NCBI GenBank assembly: GCA_001643675.2
Contig: LSRY02000019.1
Location: forward strand, 868,001 to 932,000
Direction: 5' to 3'
Length of the DNA stretch: 64,000 nucleotides
DNA from: Monocercomonoides exilis PA203
Taxonomy: Eukaryota; Protista; Preaxostyla
Shown here: positions 14,301 to 25,962 of the stretch, piece by piece
How the letters are laid out: each line of letters opens with the position of its first letter
Position numbering within the stretch: the first letter of the stretch is position 1
Position numbers and translations under genes: made by a program
The notes under the pieces: generated by a model
The model's input: the letters and a program-made list of their open reading frames with translations, nothing else
Databases searched by the model: none
Told to the model about the DNA's origin: nothing

Positions 14301-14851
14301 ATTTGACTGTTCCTTTTGTAGTAAACTCCTCTTCTGTCTGCAGTCCTTCACAAAAATTCAATGACTTGTCAATTCTTCGAGAAAATGAGACCGAAGCAAA
14401 AAGATTGCATTCACTTTTGAGCTTTCACACTGCTTATTCATTCGACAACAGCATTTTCTCCACAGTTCGTTCAATTCCATCTGTGATCTTTTTCATTCCC
14501 ACTTGGCTGTCTCTCCTTCTTCTCTTCCTTCTTTTTAACAATCTCATCTCCAACGTCTTTGCACAGTACATCTTCTTTTCCCACTTCCCATCGTTAACGC
14601 GGCATTCACTTTCATTCATCCTGCTCTTTTTCTATGTATACTTCCCTCTCCTTGTGACCATAAACATCCTCTTCTGTTTGGGATTGGATGGAGTTGTGTT
14701 CAGCAGAGATGCTGCCCTTCTGCTTATCTGTGCCTTGTCCGTGGCTGTGCTGAGCATGCCAAACAGAACAATAAGCAGAGCGCTTGTCAAATGGAAGATA
14801 AGACGATGCCTATCAAAAAGGAAGAATTACGTTGCTCGCTTGAATAGATAG
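5363..14851 (+). CDS. Giant multi-pass membrane protein with TMEM185/Fragile-X-F-like hairpin units and a very long Ser/Gln/Pro-rich insert
   Basis: Exon 5363-5641, intron 5642-5689, exon 5690-14851 in frame. TM hairpins resemble the LKLDG..W..VFIPLW pattern: IYKLESIVPWKWIVVQLPI, LTLDGFI, FALKIT..IHWLCVFVPLF, VIFFIPTW, LGLDGVV. Confidence 0.6.
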
Positions 14852-15126
14852 AAGCCGGCTTATGCAATTTTTTCTCATCAAAATTAGATTCACATTGAAA
14901 TTAGAATTTTTATGTTCTTTTTTTTTTTACTGACATTTTTGAAGCTTTAATTTCGTTTGTTTGATAAATTGATTTTTGTTTCATTGAAAATTCACAAAAT
15001 AACACCACAGAAATTTGCTTGAAAGAGCAAAAAAATGGAAAACACTTGAAAAAACAGCATAATTGAGTACATTTTAAATTTTAAAAAAAAGAAAAGAAAA
15101 GAAAAAGAAATTCACATGAATTCAGT

Positions 15127-18100
15127 TTACATCTCGCAAAAGCTTTCGTTTGCGTGGCAGTCCCAAACAGTGATGGTGTCCATTGACACGGTCATCAGGG
15201 CAGGCTCAGTTGGAATGAACCAATTACCAATGATAGGAAGAGGTGGACTGATGAAAGAATAAAACATTAAAAAATTGAAGAAGAAGAAGAAACGAAGAAA
15301 AAAATGGAATATATTTGGACAGAAATAAAAAAATGTGATATTTTCATTCAAATGTCGAATGAAAGTGAGTGTTTTAATTTACATTCAAGTCAATAAAATA
15401 CACAAATGAAATATTAAAAATGAAATAGGCAAAAAAATAAGAAAAAAATAATCAAACCATTCTTGTGCAACTTGCTTCAATTCGTATGACCTTGTCCCCG
15501 TGTTTCCCACAAGCAACGATCCAAATTTCGACCCAGCCACAAAAGTCGTTCCAGTGAAAAGAGAACTGAAGCTGGAGAGGAAATCTGAAGAATACTTGGA
15601 AGAATGAGAAGTAAATGGAGACGAAGAGAAAGAAGACGATGAAGAAGAAGACGAAAAAGGCGGTGGAGAAGAAGACAGACTCATCTGTGATGTGCCGGCA
15701 TTTGAGAAGAGAGGAGCAAAAGAAAGCATCGACGACATCGAAGACGACTGCGAGTGTGTTGAGGGAACCCACGTTGCGCTGCTTGTCTTGCGCGCCGGAA
15801 TAAACTCAGGTATCTTCCAGTTGATGATGGGCTTGTTGATCCGCAGGTCGACGACAGACACCGACCCATTCGAAGACATTGCGAGTAAAAGATCCTGTTG
15901 AGATGGATGGACAGAGAGGCTGCAGATGGAAGCTGGCTTCTTGATGGCATCGGAAGAGGAAGACGATGATGAGGAGGAAGAAGAAGAAGAAGCGGTTGCC
16001 ATAGCAAATGATGGAAGATGAGGTGCAACTCCAACCATCGTTGGGCTTCGGATGTCCCAAATACGAATGACTTTACAATGTTCAATATAAAAACATTTTT
16101 TTTAAAAAATAAGTCATATCAAAATTATATTTCACAATAAAATTTCATAAAATTTTTAGATAAATAAGCAATAAATTAAATGAACAATCAATTTCACACC
16201 TCCATCATCGTTTCCGCTGAACAACGTGCTTTTATCTTCGTTGAATGCCAGCGCACGGCACGCAATTGGTGCAGCAAGTGCCGCTGTCAGATTGGCACTG
16301 TCTCTTCTGCTCGGAATCCTTCCTTTCTCCTTCTCCTCCCTCGACTTTCCTCCTCCTCTCATCGAAGGCGAAGCAGCTGGTGTTGTCGCTGCTGCTGCAT
16401 TCGAAGCCGAAGCATTTGCAAACATGTTCCTATCCACCTCCCACGTGATGACGTTAATCCCTGTTTCTGTGTCAAACAGCGCCACATCTCCGTCTGAATA
16501 CCCCGCTGCCAGCCCCGCCCACCCTTTCGCATCGATCATCAGCACGCTCTCTGCCGACTCCTTCCGCTCCACTTTCTTCAGATGCCCAAAGATCGACCGC
16601 CGGCGCATCTGCACTGAGTCTCCAGCGCTCCTCCGCTCGTTCACAACAGCCGAGAACGACTTGATGTGCCCGTCTCGCCCCTTTTTCTGCTCGTCCAGCA
16701 GATGTTTCGCAGTCTCCTTTCCAACTTCCTTCAGGTTTGCCTGCATAGCAGTCATCTTCTGCCCGATCCGATACACACTTACTGCAGACTCGGGGATTCT
16801 GGGGTCAACTTTGCCTCCGACTGGCTGTGCGGTTGACTCAGCAACAGCACAGAGCGAATCGTCTTTGGAAAAGGAAAGAGCAGATGGATAATACGGATAG
16901 GGTTTTGTGGTGCAGAAGGGAGTGGCTGATGGAAGAGGAGAAAATGAATAAGAAAGAATGAGTGATTGAAGAAATATGTTGGTTATTTTTTTTTTTGCAT
17001 TTTTTCGAATGGATGTTTCATTTGTAATGATTATTTACGAAAAAAGAAAATGGAATGGTAGATAATACATTAAAAACGCAAAGTATTTCAATAAATAAAT
17101 ATTAAAAATATTCCAATATGCAGAAAATGATGCTTTTCTCAAACCTTTATCTTTTTCCACTTTCCAGAATGTGACAGTGTTGTGAGCCATTCCGTGGCTG
17201 TTTGAGCAGTCATTGACACTCGCAAACAGCGAAGAGGCGTTTCCTCCAACAACATATCCAATCGGAATCCCAGTTGACTTCGAGCATTAAAGGAAAAAAA
17301 GAAAAGAAAAGAAAAGAAAAATGCACAAATTATAAATGATCAAAGTTCACAAATTTTTCAATGTGAATGCAAACATGCGAAAAACGACGTGACAGAGGAA
17401 GTGCAGATTTCAGTTCATCTTCACTAAAGGACGGCTGATATGAAGAATTCCTCCGATTTGACAAAGATTGACTTCTCATATAAGAGAAATGGGGCACAGC
17501 AGGCGAGGCAGGAGATGACTGTGATGATAAGAAGGAAAAAGAAGAAGACGATGAAGAAGACGATGAATACGATGAAGGCGGAGATGGAAATGATGATGAT
17601 GATGATGATGAAACACATGAATACGCTCTGTGAGGAGGAAACTGCTGGAATGTCGGAGATGAAGCCGAAGCACCCAGCTTCTGCTGTGAGGGTGGGGTTG
17701 CAAGTGAGTGGAAAGAGGACAAAGAAGCTGAATGAGCAGAGGCGGGTGTTAGCGCAGTGCTTGAAGGGAAAGAGCAGAGCGACGAGGCAGAAGGAGAGGA
17801 GCCAGGAGGGGGCGTTTTGGAGCTTCTGATTTGGAAGTCGTTTGACAGTGGCATTGGAGGATTAGACATAGAGGCTGTTCGCGGTGGCGAGCTGGTGGAG
17901 GAAATGGAAGGAGAAAAAGGAGGAGAATGAGAAAAAGGAGATGAGGTTGATGATGATGAAAATGAAGGAGGAGGAGGCGATGGTCGTGTTCCTGTTTGGG
18001 GCAAGCGATCAGCAGAAAACGTGTGTCTTGAGCGGAATTTTGGTGTTGACTTGATTGAAGAAATCTGATCGTACAGCGCTGGGTCGTCGTCCTGAACAAC

Positions 18101-19528
18101 AACAAAGCCGTCCACTTCTTCTTCGCTGATGCTTTTCTCTTTGTTCGTGTTGGGTTCTAAAGCAGAAGAGATAGAAAATAGAGGAGGATTTGAAGGAGGA
18201 GAAGGAGGTGGAGGAAATGAGGAAGAAGAAGAAGAAGAAGAAGAAGAAGAAGCTGAGGCTGATGTAGAGACTGAAAAATGATGCAACGCCGTTGCATTGT
18301 ATCCTGTTTCCTGAGAAGATTCTTTCTCAGACACTTTTTCTTGTGATGTCAATGAAGAGCATCCTTCGTTTTCATTCGCATTCATTTCTGATTTGAATTG
18401 CTCCACTTTTCCTCCGTCGCTCAAATGCTGTTCACTTGCACTCTTTGAGATGTCGTCGCAAGAACTACTTTCTTTGCAAATGTTTATGCTTTCTTTTTCT
18501 TTCTTCGATTCATCGAAATCTTCAAATTCCTTGCATTGTTCCTTCAAAAGCAGAAGAGTCGATTCATACTCCAGTGCATCCGCATATAAATCTAAAAGCT
18601 GCTTTGCCATGTTATTGATGTCATCGCGCTTCCGTTTTGATTTTACTCGAATTTCAATTTTTGCCCTCTATAAAAAATATTGGTATTTCTTGTCAAAAGC
18701 CAAATAAAAAAATAAAATTTTCAAACATCATTTGAATCAATTTCATTTGTAAGTGCAGTCCTTTTTTGAGTAAGTTCAGATGCTTTGTTCACCTTTTCTT
18801 CTGCTTCTTTGTGAACAATTGAATATCTAAAACAATCATTTAAATTGTGTGAAAGCAAAATAAAATATATACTCTCTTTCAGTCTGTTCTAAATCTGAAA
18901 GTGTATTGTTTCTTTCATTTTGAGCTACTTGCAGCTCGTCACAAAGTCCTTTTAATAGTGAATTGTTCTTCAAAATATCTTCAAAAAACGCATTGATTTC
19001 TTCTTCTTGTTCGATCAACTCTCGTTTCAATTCTTCTATATTGTCGCTGAAAGGGTAAAGGAAGTAAATATTTGAGTGAAAAATCCATAAAATGCATACT
19101 GCCCGTGTATCACATATTCAATTCTCTCTCTCACTGTTTCCTTCTTTTTCTTTGAAAAGTCCAAATAATGATCCAAATCAATCTGCCTATTTTTAACTTT
19201 TGCATCTTCAATAGCTAATTGTTTCAATAAAAGCGTATGTTGCACAAAATAATAAAAAAGGATTTTCGCAAACGATCATGAATAGTTGGAACTGTTATAT
19301 TTTGCTGTATATAATTTCGAAAAGATATCCTATAATGTAACTTTTGATACCACAAGCATTGAGAAAGAGCTTCCTGCATTAATTAAAGAAGGGATAATTG
19401 CACATATGATCAATAAGAAGTAATAAATTTCTCAGACGAACGAAAAACTTACAAAATGACCATTTGTCGAAGTTTTTTTGACTCCAAAAATGTTTCGAAC
19501 TTTTATTAAAATCCTTTTTTATTTTCAT
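15127..19528 (-). CDS. Coiled-coil + Ser-rich + WD40 protein, COP1/SPA-like architecture; multi-exon; 5' end uncertain
   Basis: WD40 segments (LAAGYSDGDVALFDTETG, ALAFNEDKSTLFSGNDDGGVK, SLSVHPSQQDLLLAMSSNGSVSVVDLR, SMDTITVWD) and coiled-coil exons at 18.6-19.25 kb. The first exon could not be spliced cleanly. Confidence 0.6.
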
Positions 19529-19814
19529 TGTTTCAATTTTTGAAGTTTTCTTTCAAAAGATACTTTGATGGAATATCATTTTTGAAAAGAAAAGCAATGA
19601 AAGGACCGTAAAAAATAATTTGATTTATCAATTTCCAACCACAGCGTGAAACATCCTTTTTCAGAATGATATTATTCAGCGATTCATGGAAATATATCTT
19701 TATGACAAGCCATTCAAATGTTTTAACTCTCGTATTTGTCCTTTTTATATCAGTGAATAATTATTTGTAACGTCAGCTCAACCAAAAAGGCACGTATTTT
19801 CACTTTCAAAAAAT

Positions 19815-22243
19815 CAGTTTTTGAAGCAATTGAAGTTGTTGAAGCAATTGAATAACCAAAAACACATAATCCAAGCAATTTGTCGAATGGTTGCAACATG
19901 TTGAAGTTGGGGGGTGATTTGGAAAAGCATTAAATGGAAATATTATTTCACGGTGCAGACAAAAAATAAAATACACCAAAGGAAATCGCACCATTTCAAG
20001 GCATCAAACACACATACTCACACACACACAAGCAAACAAACATAAAACTATATATTTACAATAACTAATGTCCAATCGGAAAAAGTAAAGAAAAAGAAAA
20101 TTATTATTATTATTTTTTTTTGTCTTGCTGATTCTCCCGATTGTCAAGTTCCCCGATTGCAAAATTAAACAACGAACCAGCAAGCATTTTTAAATATTCA
20201 ACAATTCTTGTAACACTTAAAGTGACGACACTCCTGCTGCTATCTCCAGCACCTTCTTCGTGTCTTCTGCCTTAAGCTGATACAACCCCGAAATCGCTCC
20301 GCTCTTCTGGTGCGCTTGCTCAATCTTCACAATTTCTTCAATGTTTTCTGCTGTCAATTTCAGATCCTGGAGCGTCATTGGTGTTCCCCAGAACGCAAAC
20401 AGTTCCTTCAGCTTCTCCAGCGCTGTTTTCACGTCTTTTGTGCCATAAACCGTCTCTGCCCATTCCTCAAACATTTCTCCGCACATTCCCTTCTTGTACA
20501 GCCAGGGATAGTATGCAAGCGACACAACTGCCAATCCTTCTCCGTGTGCAATCTTGTCATTGAAAGCAGAGATGGCGTGTTCAATCCAATGCACATTCCA
20601 GTCTCCTGGAAGCAGGAACGATGGCAATCCCTGTATTGCCAGAGAAACTGCCCAGCAAAAGTTTGTGCGTGCCTCGATATCGTCTTTGTTCGCCTTTATT
20701 CTTTCCATCGATCGAATAAGCGATTTTTGCAATGCCAAGTTCACTTGGCGTGTTGTTATGTTTTTGTTGTCCGGAGAAAAGTATTGCTCCATCAGATGAG
20801 ACATCGAATCCACAGCTCCGCACATAATCTGGCGCCAAGGCAACGAAAGCTGAATCGCCGGATCCACAGCACTTGCCACGGGGAAATTCAAAAATGCTGG
20901 AAGTTTTGCGTGTTCTTCTGGGTTCGATACAACAGATCCAGTGTCCATCTCAGATGCAGTGGCTGATATGGTTAGAACAGTGTAAAGAGGCAAGAATTCT
21001 GATGGGGTTTGAGCTTCTTTCTTGTACAATTTCCACACATCCTCAGTCATTTTTGCTCCAGCGCAAATTGCTTTCGCTGAATCAATGACGCTTCCTCCTC
21101 CAATGGCAACAACTGCTTCAATTCCTTTTGATGTGTCTTTGCATATGGCTACCCCCTCGCGAATTTTGGAAATAAGTGGATTTGGCTGAACACCCCACAA
21201 CTCTTCATCGGATATCCCATTTGCAGCCATAGCCTTCTTAACACGGTCGTGTACGCCATTTGTCTTTGCTGATCCGCTTCCAAACAAAAGCAACACTTTT
21301 TTAATTCCGGCCTTTTTGATTTCTTCTGCAAGTTGCTCAACTGCTTGTGCACCTAATATGTACTATTACAGGAGAAAAAATCATAGTGTGCAAAACAATA
21401 TAAAATAATTGTTTGGTTCGTACCTTAACTGGATTGTAAAAAGTTTGCGTTGACATGATAATTATCTCACTAAAAAAAGCGGACCATAAATTATATTTTG
21501 TTTGAAATGTGAAAAATATTTATTTATGGTTTTCGATTTGAATGTTTATTTCAAGTATTAAAATAGTTGATTAATTAGCAAAAAATAAAATAAAATAAAA
21601 TAAAATTGATTGCCTAGTTTTCATTATTATAAACATGACACAATTGTGAATGAGAAAATGCAATAATTTTTCAGGACGAATCAGATTTGATATTTTGATG
21701 TTAAAAACTATCTAATTCGATGAACAGATAATTTAAAAAATAAAAATATATTTATTCTTCAATAACAAGAATTTTAATGACATGCACATTGGTATAATAC
21801 GCCGGACAAATCTGTTTTCTCAACAGTTATACAACTAATAGTTCTTTTTATTTTTGAACAATTTTCCTTATCACAGCAAACTTGAATAACGCTACTGATT
21901 TTATTTTTATGTCATTTGTTAAATTAAAAAAATTACTGTTGAAGTTTCTGAGAAATAGGATTTCGAGTTTCTCCGAGATTTCAATATTTATTTATCATAA
22001 CAATAAGATGTGTAATTCTTTTTGAAAAGTCGCAAAAGTTTAACATTCAGGAATAATTATTGTTGATATTTTTCAATCAATTTTTGCAATCGTTCATTTG
22101 AATTTCACAGAAACATTGGCAGAGTCAAACAAATATTACTTGCACGAACTGCTTAGTATTTTGGTGTTGTTTGAAGTTTCAGTACCAGAAAGAATTTGAA
22201 ATGTCAAATTTTGAAAACCTGAAAATAAAATTGCAACATTTTT
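19815..22243. repeat. Left arm of a 2,429-bp inverted duplication
   Basis: Reverse complement of 22764-25192. Paired coordinates sum to 45007 at both ends and at the ORFs, so no net indel. Confidence 0.95.
20217..21456 (-). CDS. Iron-containing alcohol dehydrogenase (BdhA/YqhD-like butanol dehydrogenase), copy 1; intron 21363-21423
   Basis: MSTQTFYNPVK|YILGAQ..., GGGSVID, TISATASEMD, and metal ligands DSMSHLME, HWIEH, HGEGLA; 392 aa. Confidence 0.92.
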
Positions 22244-22424
22244 AAAAACATATTTGCACTAATGAAATGAAAATAATCAAAAAATTTTTTAAATGAATGA
22301 TTGAAACATGGTAATATCAAATGTGAAAAAACTTTAAAAAATTTACGATTGCATTATGTTCGAACAACGATTTGAAAAGAAATAATTATGCATTCTTCAA
22401 TATTTGAAAGTTTTATTTAAATAT

Positions 22425-22695
22425 AGGACAAAATTATTGACTTTGGGCATTGCCATTGAAAAATTATGTACATTAGATGAACTTTTTGTGATCAAAAAAA
22501 AAATTAGTAATTAAGGGGTTTATTTTTTGAAATACAAGTGAGTTCACAAAACATTTTGTGATCACATCAATGATGTTTGTTTACAGACATGAAAATCAAA
22601 ATTATTTTGAAATCTGAGAAAGTTTAATAATGATATAAGTGTAACAATTTTTTCATGTTTTGTGCAAAAAAAGCATGAAAGTCCATATTTTCCCC
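22425..22695 (+). mobile_element. Fragment homologous to the 3' non-coding part of the Merlin element, inside the palindrome spacer
   Basis: 22437-22559 matches 40406-40528 with 2 mismatches; weaker similarity continues to ~22692/40660. Confidence 0.85.
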
Positions 22696-22969
22696 CATAT
22701 CAATTCATCCGATAATAATCTGAACAAAAAACAAAGGTGAATAATGAAAATCAATAATTGTTAAAAAATGTTGCAATTTTATTTTCAGGTTTTCAAAATT
22801 TGACATTTCAAATTCTTTCTGGTACTGAAACTTCAAACAACACCAAAATACTAAGCAGTTCGTGCAAGTAATATTTGTTTGACTCTGCCAATGTTTCTGT
22901 GAAATTCAAATGAACGATTGCAAAAATTGATTGAAAAATATCAACAATAATTATTCCTGAATGTTAAAC

Positions 22970-23340
22970 TTTTGCGACTTTTCAAAAAGAATTACACATC
23001 TTATTGTTATGATAAATAAATATTGAAATCTCGGAGAAACTCGAAATCCTATTTCTCAGAAACTTCAACAGTAATTTTTTTAATTTAACAAATGACATAA
23101 AAATAAAATCAGTAGCGTTATTCAAGTTTGCTGTGATAAGGAAAATTGTTCAAAAATAAAAAGAACTATTAGTTGTATAACTGTTGAGAAAACAGATTTG
23201 TCCGGCGTATTATACCAATGTGCATGTCATTAAAATTCTTGTTATTGAAGAATAAATATATTTTTATTTTTTAAATTATCTGTTCATCGAATTAGATAGT
23301 TTTTAACATCAAAATATCAAATCTGATTCGTCCTGAAAAA
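22970..23340 (+). repeat. Unnamed non-coding dispersed element ('X'), uninterrupted copy upstream of ADH; mirror copy at ~21667-22037
   Basis: Colinear similarity to 38870-39087 + 40809-41070, including TTGAAATCTCGGA hairpin, GATAAGG, ACTATTAG, TTGTCCGG..TATTAT and ATTCGTCC blocks. Confidence 0.65.
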
Positions 23341-23550
23341 TTATTGCATTTTCTCATTCACAATTGTGTCATGTTTATAATAATGAAAACTAGGCAATCA
23401 ATTTTATTTTATTTTATTTTATTTTTTGCTAATTAATCAACTATTTTAATACTTGAAATAAACATTCAAATCGAAAACCATAAATAAATATTTTTCACAT
23501 TTCAAACAAAATATAATTTATGGTCCGCTTTTTTTAGTGAGATAATTATC

Positions 23551-24790
23551 ATGTCAACGCAAACTTTTTACAATCCAGTTAAGGTACGAACCAAACAATT
23601 ATTTTATATTGTTTTGCACACTATGATTTTTTCTCCTGTAATAGTACATATTAGGTGCACAAGCAGTTGAGCAACTTGCAGAAGAAATCAAAAAGGCCGG
23701 AATTAAAAAAGTGTTGCTTTTGTTTGGAAGCGGATCAGCAAAGACAAATGGCGTACACGACCGTGTTAAGAAGGCTATGGCTGCAAATGGGATATCCGAT
23801 GAAGAGTTGTGGGGTGTTCAGCCAAATCCACTTATTTCCAAAATTCGCGAGGGGGTAGCCATATGCAAAGACACATCAAAAGGAATTGAAGCAGTTGTTG
23901 CCATTGGAGGAGGAAGCGTCATTGATTCAGCGAAAGCAATTTGCGCTGGAGCAAAAATGACTGAGGATGTGTGGAAATTGTACAAGAAAGAAGCTCAAAC
24001 CCCATCAGAATTCTTGCCTCTTTACACTGTTCTAACCATATCAGCCACTGCATCTGAGATGGACACTGGATCTGTTGTATCGAACCCAGAAGAACACGCA
24101 AAACTTCCAGCATTTTTGAATTTCCCCGTGGCAAGTGCTGTGGATCCGGCGATTCAGCTTTCGTTGCCTTGGCGCCAGATTATGTGCGGAGCTGTGGATT
24201 CGATGTCTCATCTGATGGAGCAATACTTTTCTCCGGACAACAAAAACATAACAACACGCCAAGTGAACTTGGCATTGCAAAAATCGCTTATTCGATCGAT
24301 GGAAAGAATAAAGGCGAACAAAGACGATATCGAGGCACGCACAAACTTTTGCTGGGCAGTTTCTCTGGCAATACAGGGATTGCCATCGTTCCTGCTTCCA
24401 GGAGACTGGAATGTGCATTGGATTGAACACGCCATCTCTGCTTTCAATGACAAGATTGCACACGGAGAAGGATTGGCAGTTGTGTCGCTTGCATACTATC
24501 CCTGGCTGTACAAGAAGGGAATGTGCGGAGAAATGTTTGAGGAATGGGCAGAGACGGTTTATGGCACAAAAGACGTGAAAACAGCGCTGGAGAAGCTGAA
24601 GGAACTGTTTGCGTTCTGGGGAACACCAATGACGCTCCAGGATCTGAAATTGACAGCAGAAAACATTGAAGAAATTGTGAAGATTGAGCAAGCGCACCAG
24701 AAGAGCGGAGCGATTTCGGGGTTGTATCAGCTTAAGGCAGAAGACACGAAGAAGGTGCTGGAGATAGCAGCAGGAGTGTCGTCACTTTAA
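23551..24790 (+). CDS. Iron-containing alcohol dehydrogenase (BdhA/YqhD-like), copy 2; intron 23584-23644
   Basis: Exon 23551-23583 plus exon 23645-24790; protein identical to copy 1. Confidence 0.92.
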
Positions 24791-25962
24791 GTGTTACAAG
24801 AATTGTTGAATATTTAAAAATGCTTGCTGGTTCGTTGTTTAATTTTGCAATCGGGGAACTTGACAATCGGGAGAATCAGCAAGACAAAAAAAAATAATAA
24901 TAATAATTTTCTTTTTCTTTACTTTTTCCGATTGGACATTAGTTATTGTAAATATATAGTTTTATGTTTGTTTGCTTGTGTGTGTGTGAGTATGTGTGTT
25001 TGATGCCTTGAAATGGTGCGATTTCCTTTGGTGTATTTTATTTTTTGTCTGCACCGTGAAATAATATTTCCATTTAATGCTTTTCCAAATCACCCCCCAA
25101 CTTCAACATGTTGCAACCATTCGACAAATTGCTTGGATTATGTGTTTTTGGTTATTCAATTGCTTCAACAACTTCAATTGCTTCAAAAACTGTTCTTTGA
25201 AGTGAAAGCAGTAATTTATTTGTTAAATATTGAAAGAGATTATTGCTTTTCAGCAAGGAATTGAAGAAAAAACAATTTGTATAAATTGAGAGATTTGCTA
25301 CATTAGTTTAATCGATTATGAACATCGTATTTGTGCAAACGAAAACATCAAATGAATTTTGGCACTTTTGAATCAGTTACAATTTATCACAAAATCAAGA
25401 TTAGAATGAATCTCAAATGGAATATTTCTGAAGATATTTTTCAATTTTCATTTGTCAATAAGTTATTGAAGTTCAAATTTTAGTGCTTTTCATAAAAATT
25501 TTCAAAAAATGACCACAAACAATGAAGGAAGAGCAAGGGAAAGATACGAATAAATAATCAAGCAAGAGCATTTTATGAATAAAACTTTTTTTTTCTAAAA
25601 TGAGAAACAACTTGTGTAAAAAAGGATTGCTTTATTAAGTGATGTGAGAAGAAGCAAGATCAGAAAAAACCTCATAAAATACAAAAATAATTAATTTTTT
25701 TTGAGAGAACAAAGAAAGAGATTGTATCAAAAAACAATAGTCAAACATCAGATAGAAGAAATAAAAAATTTAAAAGAAAAAAAATTAAAACGAGCGTTTT
25801 TTGAAACAAAATAATAAAAAAAAACTCAAACTATCGTTTTTTCATTGAAAGAAAAAGAAAATAAATAAATAAATTAAACTTTTTTTAAACACACTCAAAA
25901 AATGAAAAAAATAAGTACAGCTTGAAAATTTTCACCTTTTTAAAAACTTCTCTTTCTAAAAT

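Larger units (their letters stand above)
22764..25192. repeat. Right arm of the 2,429-bp inverted duplication
   Basis: Mirror of 19815-22243; the ORF-track translations are identical in both arms. Confidence 0.95.

Noticed and set aside
20217-24790. Bacterial contamination or operon explanation for the ADH pair
   Set aside because: Each copy has a spliceosomal intron and lies among intron-containing eukaryotic genes.
25013-25264. Small ORF duplicated in both palindrome arms (also 19806-19994)
   Set aside because: It lies in the ADH 3' flank, runs across the arm breakpoint with different ends, and has no coding signature.
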